From assembly GCA_910586105.1 (NCBI GenBank), contig CAJUGU010000002.1, forward strand, positions 1,797 through 65,796: a stretch of DNA of 64,000 nucleotides, given 5' to 3'. Under the pieces are notes generated by a model. It was not told the origin of the DNA. It saw only the letters and a list, made by a program, of their open reading frames with translations, and searched no databases. Position 1 is the first letter of the stretch, and each line of letters opens with the position of its first letter. Both the position numbers and the translations under genes were made by a program. This stretch comes from an uncultured Eubacteriales bacterium (GTDB taxonomy: Bacteria; Bacillota; Clostridia; Oscillospirales; Butyricicoccaceae). Of the stretch, positions 49,273 to 57,828 are shown one piece after another.

Positions 49273-49770
49273 ATGGAATGGATACAGAAGGCGCCGGCCG
49301 CCGCGCCGAAGGACGCGGGAGAAGTCGTTGAAATTTATGCCGACACGGTCTACCGTCTGGCATTTGCACAGACCCACTCCCGAAGCGATGCGGAAGACAT
49401 CTTTCAAGAGGTTTTCCTGCAATATCTGCGTAAAGCGCCGCCATTTGCCAGCGAGGAGCATCGAAAAGCCTGGCTGCTGCGCGTAACGGTTAACTGCTGT
49501 AAACGTTTATGGCGCACCGCATGGCGGCGGCGCACCGTGCCGCTGGACGAAACGATCCCATTCAAGCAGCCGGAGGATTCCGCGTTGTATGAAACGATCG
49601 GCCGTTTGCCGGAAAAATACCGTTTGGCAATCCATTTATATTATTATGAGGAGCTTTCGACAGAGGAGGTCGCAAATCTGCTGAGCGCGAAACCGTCAAC
49701 GGTACGCACCTGGCTGACCCGCGCCCGCCGTCAATTAAAATCCCTGATTGAGGAGGAGGAACGCATATGA
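49273..49770 (+). CDS. ECF RNA polymerase sigma factor
   Basis: DAEDIFQEVF, WLLRVTVN, LYYYEELSTEEVA...STVRTWLTRAR. Confidence 0.92.
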   Translation: MEWIQKAPAAAPKDAGEVVEIYADTVYRLAFAQTHSRSDAEDIFQEVFLQYLRKAPPFASEEHRKAWLLRVTVNCCKRLWRTAWRRRTVPLDETIPFKQPEDSALYETIGRLPEKYRLAIHLYYYEELSTEEVANLLSAKPSTVRTWLTRARRQLKSLIEEEERI

Positions 49771-50936
49771 AACGGAATCCATATCAGCGCATGGCTGATC
49801 AAATCGCTCCGGACACAGCGCTGGTCGAGCGCACGCAGGCGCTGCTGCGCAAAGCCGGACGGGCAAAGCGTCCCCGCCTGCGCCGTATGGCGATGACCGC
49901 CGCCGCCGTGATCGCAGCGTTGATCGTCGGGACTTCTGCGCTCGCAAGTTATCTATCTGCAAACCCAGCCTCCCCTCTTACCGGTTTTATCCAAAACCAT
50001 ACCGATTTTTTCGAGAACGTTTTCTGGGGCAATTCGGACGCAGGTCATGCGGATTCCCTGATCGGAAGCAGCGTTCAGGATTATAACGCTTCGGCGACCG
50101 GCTATGGTTATTCCTTTACCCTTGAAAATAACCTTTATGACGCAAATACCGAAATGGGGATCGCCTATTTTATTGTCACAAACCCTGATGGGCTGGACGG
50201 CTTCGGAGAAGGACAGGTGACATCCTATCTGCACAACGCGGCCTTCCCGCCGGAGCTTGACCTGCGCTGCGACCTGGGGAATGGCTCCACGGCAAATTAT
50301 AATAATCCGGTCGTTTCGCAGGCGTGCATTGACCTGGAACGCAGCACGGCGGACGCGATCTATCTGAGCGTTTGTTATATGATCCATGGCTCGAATTATG
50401 ATTGGAAAAAAGCGTTTGAGGAGCCGGTGCTTTGGATACACCTGCTGGATCGTGCGCGCGAGGACGAAGATCGGCAAACGGAACAATATCGCCGCGATCC
50501 GGATGCTTACGTCCTCGGCTCGGTCGGTATCCCGCTTACGTCAGAGCTGACCGCCCGCACATTGTATGGCCATGATGGAAAGCCCTTGTTGACAGTATCC
50601 CCCATTGGAATTCGGTTGGAGCCGGAAGCCTGCCCGGATAATGGGCACAGCGACCCGACTTTTCTACAGATCACCTACAAAAACGGCGAGACCTATCTTG
50701 TAATGGATAAAACGAAGGACGATTTCTATGAAAGTAAGGAAGGGGATACCTATAGCCGCCCTACGTTTTATACCATAAATTATATTTATGCCTGCGGCTT
50801 TGATCCCGCGCCCAGACATACCTTCTGGGGGGATGCGTATGAAGAAGGCCTCACCTGGAAAGTGGCGTTTGACCGTGTGATCGATCCGGCGGAGATCGCC
50901 TCCATTGTAATCAATGACTTTACCTTTGCATTATGA
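49767..50936 (+). CDS. Putative anti-sigma factor (single TM, large extracytoplasmic domain)
   Basis: ATGA overlap with sigma; short basic N-terminus, TM AAAVIAALIVGTSALA. Confidence 0.65.
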   Translation: MKRNPYQRMADQIAPDTALVERTQALLRKAGRAKRPRLRRMAMTAAAVIAALIVGTSALASYLSANPASPLTGFIQNHTDFFENVFWGNSDAGHADSLIGSSVQDYNASATGYGYSFTLENNLYDANTEMGIAYFIVTNPDGLDGFGEGQVTSYLHNAAFPPELDLRCDLGNGSTANYNNPVVSQACIDLERSTADAIYLSVCYMIHGSNYDWKKAFEEPVLWIHLLDRAREDEDRQTEQYRRDPDAYVLGSVGIPLTSELTARTLYGHDGKPLLTVSPIGIRLEPEACPDNGHSDPTFLQITYKNGETYLVMDKTKDDFYESKEGDTYSRPTFYTINYIYACGFDPAPRHTFWGDAYEEGLTWKVAFDRVIDPAEIASIVINDFTFAL

Positions 50937-50997
50937 TCGAACGTGTCAGGCTGTTGTAAAACGGCCCGGCACGGTGGATCGGCCCTGAATGTCTGCT

Positions 50998-51400
50998 TTT
51001 CTCCTTCTTTGGTGGTAGCGTCAAACTTTACCTCAAACAAATCGGAGAACTTAACCGTGTTGTCAGTAGCATCTGTAGCTGCCAACAGCGCAGCAGCGAT
51101 ATTGGCGCCGTTCCCGGTCGTGTTCGTCGGGTCGCTGTGCAGCGCAGTGTCTACGCCCAGCGTCGCGCCAACAGCCGGAAGGCTCGAGAATGTGCGGAAC
51201 GATGTAGATGCGGCGTTGACCAGAGAAGCGCCGTCCTTGACGTTCTTCTGAGCCGCTTCCAGACCTGTAATCTGCGCGCGCATTTTTTCGGAGATCGCCA
51301 GACCCGCCGCGCCGTCGCCCGCGCGGCCGATCTTGTAACCAGAGTTCAAACGCTCCAGGTTCTTGGACAGTGCCGAAGTATTATTTGTGTAGTTCCGACG
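50998..51400 (-). pseudogene. Flagellin gene remnant (N-terminal helix fused to variable-region-like sequence)
   Basis: ALSKNLERLNSGYKIGRAGDGAAGLAISEKMRAQITGLEAAQKNVKDGASLV (51218-51400); no native start, no C-terminal flagellin domain. Confidence 0.8.
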
Positions 51401-51589
51401 GAAAGACTTGACCGAACACAAAAACACGCCTTTTGCAAGGCGCAGCACGTTTTCTATATGACCCCCAACAGATTGCTACATAAAAACAGAAACCGCTGGC
51501 ATAAAACACCAGCGGTTTCCGCATTATCTTTTGGTCAAATCCTTTTGTTTGGGCTGCCTCCTTCAAGGCCGCGCAAGCGATGCATCAGC

Positions 51590-52030
51590 TTAAAGGCCGA
51601 GTTCCTTCTTCAGTGCGGCGATCATTTCGTCGTACTCTTCCTGCTTCAGGATGGTCTGGTCGCCGTCCGCGCGCGTGATCGTGAAGCCGCCGCCAAAGTC
51701 CAAACCGCCTTCATACTTCGGAACGATATGGAAATGCAGATGCGGGTTGGTGTCGCCAAACGACCCAATATTGATCTTATTGCAGCCCCACAGCGTTTTG
51801 ATCGCTTCCGCAACGCGTGATACGTCGCCAATAATGCCTGCGCGCTGCGCGTCGGTCAGCTCGAAGATCTCCTTTTTGTGGTCGTCCAGCGCGAGGACGC
51901 AGCGGCCCTTATGCGACTGGTCGCGGAACAGATACAGCGTGCCTGTCGTCATCTTCCCAACCAAATACATGATGCTGTCGCGCTTTTCGTGGTGCTCCTC
52001 ACAGTAGAAGCAGCCCTGTGCCTTTGCCAT
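51590..52030 (-). CDS. HIT family nucleotide hydrolase
   Basis: CFYC N-terminus, HLHFHIVP histidine triad. Confidence 0.9.
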   Translation of the reverse strand: MAKAQGCFYCEEHHEKRDSIMYLVGKMTTGTLYLFRDQSHKGRCVLALDDHKKEIFELTDAQRAGIIGDVSRVAEAIKTLWGCNKINIGSFGDTNPHLHFHIVPKYEGGLDFGGGFTITRADGDQTILKQEEYDEMIAALKKELGL

Positions 52031-52218
52031 AATGCAACACTCCTTAATCAATTTTCTTTTCCCGTGATGAAACGGTTTCCTGTTATCCAGTATACACGAT
52101 TTCCCCGAAAAAGGCCAGAACTTTTTAAGCAGTTTGCCCATGAAAATATGCCGGCGGCAAAAGCCGTCCAGGCTGGCAATTTACAACGGCGGCAAACCGT
52201 TTCCCCTGCCGTCTTACC

Positions 52219-53100
52219 TTAGAATAACGACAGTTGTTCTTCCGGCGGTTTGCGGTACGCCCGAATGATATCCGGCATCCGCCAAAGCAAGCCGTGCGCT
52301 TTGCATGCTTCGCGCACCAACGCTTTCAACCGCTGGCGCTGCGGCGACGGGCAATAATAATCGCTGCCAAACGCGCGCCGGTAACGGTCTGCCATGCCCG
52401 GGAACCGTTCCTCGACCTTCTCTAAAAAGTATTGCCGCTGGTTGGTACGCAAGGTCACGCCATACATCGAAAACACGAATTTGCCGCCCGCCTGCGCCGT
52501 TTTTTCGACGATCGAACGCACATTTTCCTCCGAATCGGTCAGGAATGGCAGGATCGGCGTCATTAAAACGCCGCAAAATATCCCGGCCTCCGAAAGCGCC
52601 CGCAGGGCGGCGAACCGTTCCGAGCTGGGGCTGACATGGGGTTCGATCTTGCGGGAAAGCGCGTCGTCCGCCGCAGTGATCGTTAATTTCACAATCGCGG
52701 AATGATTGTCCCGGATCCGTCGGAACAGGCCGATATCCCGCGTGACCAACCCGCTTTTCGTATCCAGCGACACCCCAAACCCAGCCCCGGCGATCGTTTC
52801 CAGCGCCGCGCGGGTCACGCCAAGCTCCCGCTCGAATGGGTTATAGCTATCGCTCATCGCCCCGATGCCGACCACGCCGACCGAACGCTTCGCGGCCAGC
52901 TCCCGGCGAAGCATCGCCGCCGCATTGGCCTTCACCCGCACCCGGTCAAAATCCTCCACATGATAGCATTCGCTCCGGCTGTCGCAGTAAATACAGCCGT
53001 GGCAGCAGCCCCGGTACAGGTTCATGTTATAATCCGCGCCAAACCATTCGTCATATTTTATGCGGCTGAGCAGCGTTTTTGCCTCGATCTCTTCGACCAT
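52219..53100 (-). CDS. Radical SAM protein (spore photoproduct lyase-like family)
   Basis: MNLYRGCCHGCIYCDSRS; GAMSDSY; IEP. Confidence 0.88.
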   Translation of the reverse strand: MVEEIEAKTLLSRIKYDEWFGADYNMNLYRGCCHGCIYCDSRSECYHVEDFDRVRVKANAAAMLRRELAAKRSVGVVGIGAMSDSYNPFERELGVTRAALETIAGAGFGVSLDTKSGLVTRDIGLFRRIRDNHSAIVKLTITAADDALSRKIEPHVSPSSERFAALRALSEAGIFCGVLMTPILPFLTDSEENVRSIVEKTAQAGGKFVFSMYGVTLRTNQRQYFLEKVEERFPGMADRYRRAFGSDYYCPSPQRQRLKALVREACKAHGLLWRMPDIIRAYRKPPEEQLSLF

Positions 53101-53136
53101 AACGGATCCCCTTTCCTTTTCCGGGAGCGGCGGCGT

Positions 53137-54204
53137 TTATCCCGGCCATACGGCGTACAGGTTCGTATCCCATGCAGGCACGTATGGATGGTGCCGCAGA
53201 TACAGCCGGTACTCCGGCCAGTTTTCATGCACATACAACGGCAGCGCAAACAGGTCTTCGACCCGATGGTATACCGCGCAGTTGAGTTTGGGATGCCAGA
53301 CCGAGACCGTCTCCCGCGCGCCTTCGAGCGCTTCCCGCTCCGCGCCTTCCACGTCCAGCTTGAGGAACGTACACGGCGCGCCTTGCAGCACACTGTCCAA
53401 CGCGCGCATCTGCGTCGGAACGCCTTCCTTTGCAATGCGGGAATTCCGCCCCGCCTTTGCCGCAAAGATCAGCGTTTCGTCCCGCGACCACGCGCCCGCC
53501 GCGACCAGCGTCACGTCGCCGCCTTGCAGCGCTCCTTCGGCGTATTTCCGCAGCTTTTTGAAATTCCGCCGGTCGGGTTCGAGCGCCGTGACCGACGCAA
53601 ACGCGCCGCCGGTATAATACAGCAGCTCGCGGATGGTGTCGCCGTTGTATGCGCCGAGGTCGGCAAAATGTTCCTGCGCGCCGGGCGCCAGCCGGTCGAA
53701 GATCTCATCCTTGCCCGTTTCACAGGCCCGCAGATAGGCGATCTTTCCGGTCAGGCGGAACGCGATCACCTCCGTAAGCACCCGGCGGGACTGCTCGTCC
53801 GCCAGCAGCGCGTATACCTGTTCCAGCTCCGCGCGGTGGGCGCGGGCATACGCGCGGTCAAACAGTCCGCCGCCGCATACCGGGACATCCGGCGCGTAAA
53901 ACCGGAACCGCGCGTCCAGCGCCGCGAAACGCTCCAACAGCTCCGGGCGCTGGCTGGCGAACCCCAGCACGACCGCAAGCTCTTCTCCAAACCGCTCGAC
54001 CGCCTCCGTCAAGCGCAGCACCGGGAACCCCGCAAAGCTGTGCCCCCGTACAAATCCATCGCTTGCAAAGACCCCCGCAGCGCGGATCCCTCTTTCCGCA
54101 AACACCCGCAGCAGCTTGTCCGCGCCGTCCCCCATGCCGTAAAGCAGGATCGGGCGGCGTTCCTGCGCCAGCGTTTCCCATACGTCCGGGCCGTTCCAGT
54201 CCAT
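53137..54204 (-). CDS. FkbM family methyltransferase
   Basis: DLGAYNGDT, LEPD, LKLDVEGAE, AVYH, LRH. Confidence 0.9.
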   Translation of the reverse strand: MDWNGPDVWETLAQERRPILLYGMGDGADKLLRVFAERGIRAAGVFASDGFVRGHSFAGFPVLRLTEAVERFGEELAVVLGFASQRPELLERFAALDARFRFYAPDVPVCGGGLFDRAYARAHRAELEQVYALLADEQSRRVLTEVIAFRLTGKIAYLRACETGKDEIFDRLAPGAQEHFADLGAYNGDTIRELLYYTGGAFASVTALEPDRRNFKKLRKYAEGALQGGDVTLVAAGAWSRDETLIFAAKAGRNSRIAKEGVPTQMRALDSVLQGAPCTFLKLDVEGAEREALEGARETVSVWHPKLNCAVYHRVEDLFALPLYVHENWPEYRLYLRHHPYVPAWDTNLYAVWPG

Positions 54205-54302
54205 AAACCTACCCCTTTTCTATGATTTTTCCCAAAATTGCGAACTTTTCCCTGTTTCCGTGGAAATTCTACAAAAAAATTTCAAATCTGGCGAAAACTT
54301 TG

Positions 54303-54331
54303 TTGCGCTTTTCCCCGTTCTCCTCTATAAT
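54303..54331 (+). promoter_or_regulatory. Sigma-A-type promoter of two-gene operon
   Basis: TTGCGC-17 nt-TATAAT. Confidence 0.65.
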
Positions 54332-54368
54332 AGAAGTAGTTAGCATGCTAAAGTAAGGAGTGATTGCA

Positions 54369-54932
54369 GTGGGCAAAAATGGTATCCTCTCGATGGGGAC
54401 GGACGAGCTGTATGAGGTGGATGGCGTCGTCTTCGATGCAGACAGCTACGCGCGCTATTTGCAGCACTGTAAACCCAACCCCACGCCGCCCGATGCCCCG
54501 GCTCCGGCGCAGCCGCAAGAGCCTTCCGGGCCTCCGCCGGAAGCATCGGAGCCCCCGGCTCCGGCGTTCGTGACGTTTTATGCCGAGCCGCAACACGTCG
54601 GTTGGTATCCGTCGGACAGTGAACGGGATCGCGTGCCCATGATGTCCGGCGCGCTTCCCCCTGCCGCAGGGCCGGAGCAGGCCCCGCCCGCGCCCGCCTA
54701 CTTCCTCGCCCCCGTCTGTACAGTGGAGGAAATCCGCATCCCGATCGGCGGGCGGCAGCAGACCCGCCGGATCGTTTACGGCGGCGGGTCCGGCTCCTAT
54801 GTGTCCTCGTTCACCACGTCGTTTACGACCTCCTACCTGACTACTTACCGGTTTGGCTCCGGTTCCGGCAGCTTTTTCAGCTCCGGTTCCTGCATTTTCG
54901 CCGTCGGCGGTTACGGATTGGAGCTGATTTGA
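54369..54932 (+). CDS. Hypothetical Pro-rich protein with periodic Ser/Thr/Gly/aromatic C-terminal tail ending GGYGLELI
   Basis: GTG after AAGGAG RBS; two Pro/Ala/Glu linkers; tail GGGSGSYVSSFTTSFTTSYLTTYRFGSGSGSFFSSGSCIFAVGGYGLELI. Confidence 0.75.
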   Translation: MGKNGILSMGTDELYEVDGVVFDADSYARYLQHCKPNPTPPDAPAPAQPQEPSGPPPEASEPPAPAFVTFYAEPQHVGWYPSDSERDRVPMMSGALPPAAGPEQAPPAPAYFLAPVCTVEEIRIPIGGRQQTRRIVYGGGSGSYVSSFTTSFTTSYLTTYRFGSGSGSFFSSGSCIFAVGGYGLELI

Positions 54933-54934
54933 CC

Positions 54935-55780
54935 ATGCAAGCCTTCCACAGCGCCTGGACGCGCCCCTTTTTCGCCCGGAACCCCGGCGCGCGCTTCGAG
55001 ATCGAACCCTTTGAGCTGCTGACCACCGCCCTTTCCGCGCTCCAATGGCGCAGCCTTGGCGGCAGTATCTGTATGATCACCGACGGCGCGGGCGCGGCCT
55101 ATTACCACGCCAACCGGCTCGAATGCCTTTGGGACGGCGGCCTCCGCGTCGAGCTTGACCGCATCCCGCCCGAGGTCAACCCCTGCGTTTTCTGGGCGGC
55201 GGGCAAGCTCTTCGCCCTGCGGCAGATGGATCTGCCGTGCGTGATGATGGATACCGATTTTATCGTCTGGAAGGATATTTCCGATCAGCTCAAAGGATGC
55301 GACTGCGCCGCGATCCATCGGGAAGACCTGGTCGACAGCATCTATCCGCCCCTCGACGCGTTTGCCTTCGACGACGAGCTCGACCTTTCCGGGCTGGACT
55401 GGGCCGAGCGCCCGCTGAATACCGCGTTCGCCTTCTTCGCCGACCGGGCGCTGCGCGACCGCTATTGCGAAAAGGCCATTGAGATCATGCTGCACGCGCC
55501 TATGGCGCAGGACGCGCTCATTTATATGGTATTCGCCGAACAGCGGCTGCTGGCGATGCTCGCCAAAAATTACCGCGTGCGCGCGCTTTCCGATATTGGA
55601 TCCCTGTTCACCTCCGGGCAGCAGTCCTTTACCCATGTCTGGGGCTTCAAGCAGCAGATGCGGGACGATCCGCAGGCGTATGACGCGTTTTGCCGCAAGT
55701 GCGCCGCCCGTCTCCTGCGCGAACATCCCGCGGAGGCCGAAACGCTGCGGCGGATCCCTTCGCTGATGCACTTCTTTTGA
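54935..55780 (+). CDS. GT-A-fold-like putative nucleotide-sugar transferase (DUF6734-like)
   Basis: WAAGKLFAL, VMMDTDFIVW (DxD), LNTAF, AEQRLL, THVWG, a GT8-like motif order; ATG 2 nt after upstream stop. Confidence 0.7.
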   Translation: MQAFHSAWTRPFFARNPGARFEIEPFELLTTALSALQWRSLGGSICMITDGAGAAYYHANRLECLWDGGLRVELDRIPPEVNPCVFWAAGKLFALRQMDLPCVMMDTDFIVWKDISDQLKGCDCAAIHREDLVDSIYPPLDAFAFDDELDLSGLDWAERPLNTAFAFFADRALRDRYCEKAIEIMLHAPMAQDALIYMVFAEQRLLAMLAKNYRVRALSDIGSLFTSGQQSFTHVWGFKQQMRDDPQAYDAFCRKCAARLLREHPAEAETLRRIPSLMHFF

Positions 55781-55803
55781 ATCGCTTTGGAAATAAGGCC
55801 CGG

Positions 55804-55845
55804 AAAGGGGCTGCGCTGTTCCCGGAACAGTGCAGCCCCCTTTTT
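55804..55845. terminator. Terminator between operon and convergent metK
   Basis: AAAGGGGCTGCGCTGTTCC-C-GGAACAGTGCAGCCCC-CTTTTT. Confidence 0.75.
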
Positions 55846-55897
55846 GCTTCCCCGATCGGGACGGCGCGGGGAAGAGGGCGTTCCCCGGTTTGGGATC

Positions 55898-57085
55898 TTA
55901 CTCTTCCTGCACCGCGGCTTTCAGCGCGTCGACCTTGTCCTTCGCCTCCCACTTGACGCCAAGTTCCTCGCGGCCCATATGGCCGTAAGCCGCCAGCGCC
56001 CGATAGATCGGACGGCGCAGATCCAGCTGCTTGATGATCGCCGCCGGGCGCAGGTCGAATACCCGATCAACCGTGCGGGCGATCGTTTCCTCACTGACCG
56101 TGCCCGTGCCGAAAGTGTCGATCATGATGGACACCGGGCGCGCGACGCCGATCGCATACGCAAGCTGTACTTCGCAGCGCTTCGCAAGCCCCGCCGCGAC
56201 GATATTCTTGGCAACATAACGCGCCGCATACGCCGCCGAACGGTCGACCTTGGTCGGATCCTTGCCCGAGAACGCGCCGCCGCCGTGCCGCGCCGTGCCG
56301 CCGTAGGTATCGACGATGATCTTACGCCCAGTCAGACCGGAGTCGCCCTGCGGGCCGCCGATCACAAAACGTCCGGTCGGGTTGACGAAGAAACGGGTGT
56401 TTTCGTCCAGCAGATGGGACGGGATAACCTCCCGGATCACGTGTTCGATCATGTCGCGGCGGATAACGCTAAGCGAGACCTCCGGCGAGTGCTGGGTCGA
56501 AATGACGACGGTATCAACGCGGACCGGAACGTCGTCCTCGTATTCGACCGTGACCTGGCTCTTGCCGTCCGGGCGCAGATAGCTGAACTGCCCGTTCTTG
56601 CGCACCTCGGTCAGGCGGCGCGCCAGCTTGTGCGCCAGCGAGATCGGCAGCGGCATCAGCTCGGGGGTCTCGTCGCAGGCGTAGCCGAACATCATGCCCT
56701 GATCGCCCGCGCCGGTCGCCAGTTCGGCGTCCGGGTCGCCTTCCTTACGTTCGAGCGAATTGTCGACGCCCAGCGCAATGTCCGCCGACTGCTCGTCGAT
56801 CATGGTGAGCACGGCGCAAGTGTCGCTGTCAAAACCGTACTTCGCCCGGTCGTAGCCGATTTCGCGGATCACGCCGCGGACGACCTTCGGGATATCCACA
56901 TAGCAATGCGTCGAGATTTCGCCCATGACCGAAACGATGCCGGTCGTGCAGGTCGTTTCACAGGCAACGCGGGAATACGGGTCGTTTTCCAGCATCGCGT
57001 CCAGGATCGCGTCCGAGATCTGGTCGCAGATCTTATCCGGATGGCCTTCGGTCACGGATTCGGAGGTAAAAAGATGTCTTGCCAT
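55898..57085 (-). CDS. metK: S-adenosylmethionine synthetase
   Basis: [29 protein letters not shown]. Confidence 0.98.
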   Translation of the reverse strand: MARHLFTSESVTEGHPDKICDQISDAILDAMLENDPYSRVACETTCTTGIVSVMGEISTHCYVDIPKVVRGVIREIGYDRAKYGFDSDTCAVLTMIDEQSADIALGVDNSLERKEGDPDAELATGAGDQGMMFGYACDETPELMPLPISLAHKLARRLTEVRKNGQFSYLRPDGKSQVTVEYEDDVPVRVDTVVISTQHSPEVSLSVIRRDMIEHVIREVIPSHLLDENTRFFVNPTGRFVIGGPQGDSGLTGRKIIVDTYGGTARHGGGAFSGKDPTKVDRSAAYAARYVAKNIVAAGLAKRCEVQLAYAIGVARPVSIMIDTFGTGTVSEETIARTVDRVFDLRPAAIIKQLDLRRPIYRALAAYGHMGREELGVKWEAKDKVDALKAAVQEE

Positions 57086-57240
57086 AAAGTTCCAGTCCTT
57101 TCTTTGTGCGTTGCAGGAGGGTTTCCGCACCGTGCGGCAAGGCCGGATCCGATCCGCAGCCTGCCGCGCCGTTTTCAACGCCCCTGCGTACTATGAAAAT
57201 AAAAAACCCGCCCTCCGGGAACGGGAAGCGAGTAATACAT

Positions 57241-57336
57241 GCCTCATCTTTCGTTTCCGCCGGATTTGGCACCTTGCGGGAACCGCAGGTTGCCGGACTT
57301 CATCGGGCCGATCCCTCCGTCACTCTTGATAAGGAA
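57241..57336 (-). ncRNA. SAM-I (S-box) riboswitch
   Basis: Minus strand CTTATCAAGAG...GGAGGGA..GGCCCGATGAA..CCGGCAACC...GGTGCCAAATCC...AAAGATGAG, followed by terminator hairpin and U-tract at ~57196-57232, upstream of metK. Confidence 0.95.
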
Positions 57337-57356
57337 TTGTGAAATTTTCTATCCTA

Positions 57357-57385
57357 AGTATACCGCCTTTTCCCGGCGTTGTCAA
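57357..57385 (-). promoter_or_regulatory. Sigma-A promoter for riboswitch/metK
   Basis: Minus strand TTGACA-17 nt-TATACT. Confidence 0.8.
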
Positions 57386-57599
57386 TAGGCTGCGCGAAAT
57401 CTGTCGCAGGCCGTCGCCGCGCCGCAATGAAAATCCCCGCGGAAGGGCGAAGGGCAAGGCAGCCTGTTCTGCCCTTCGTCCTTCCGCAAAGCGCGCATAA
57501 TCCGCCCTGCCCCAAACGGCCGGACGCCGTTTTTTTCATGCGGCTCCCGTTCTCCTCTTGACAATACCGACACTCGATATTGAGGCGATACGTGGTAAG

Positions 57600-57828
57600 A
57601 TGTCGAAAAGGGCGTTGGATCCGGGAAACCATGGCAGAGGGGCGGCGGCGCACCTCTGCGATCACTGCGCGGGGTATGGAAAGGTACCGCGCCAAGCTGG
57701 ACGGCCTGTGGACGGTCGCCGCGCGGCGCGGGCGACCGGTCATAAGCGTCCGCTATATGGGGCCGCTTCTGCGTCTGCCGGATGGTCCGGATGCGATGAT
57801 GCCGCGTTTTGAGGAGGGAGAACCATGA
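57600..57828 (+). pseudogene. PadR family regulator remnant (frameshift plus internal deletion)
   Basis: MSKRALDP /shift/ ETM joined directly to AEGRRRTSAITARGMERYRAKL (PadR C-terminal pattern); wHTH core absent; upstream palindrome CAATACCGA-CAC-TCGATATTG; precedes DUF2812-like gene. Confidence 0.6.

Noticed and set aside
50948..50963. IS-like end CAGGCTGTTGTAAAAC next to the flagellin remnant
   Set aside because: No matching opposite inverted repeat found
50786..51448. Intact 220-aa flagellin
   Set aside because: Both ends are non-flagellin read-through and the 3' end overlaps the convergent gene; treated as a remnant
52219..53100. Radical SAM as a SPASM RiPP maturase for the small peptides
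   Set aside because: Only 293 aa, with no SPASM cysteines or RRE; matches the SPL-like family
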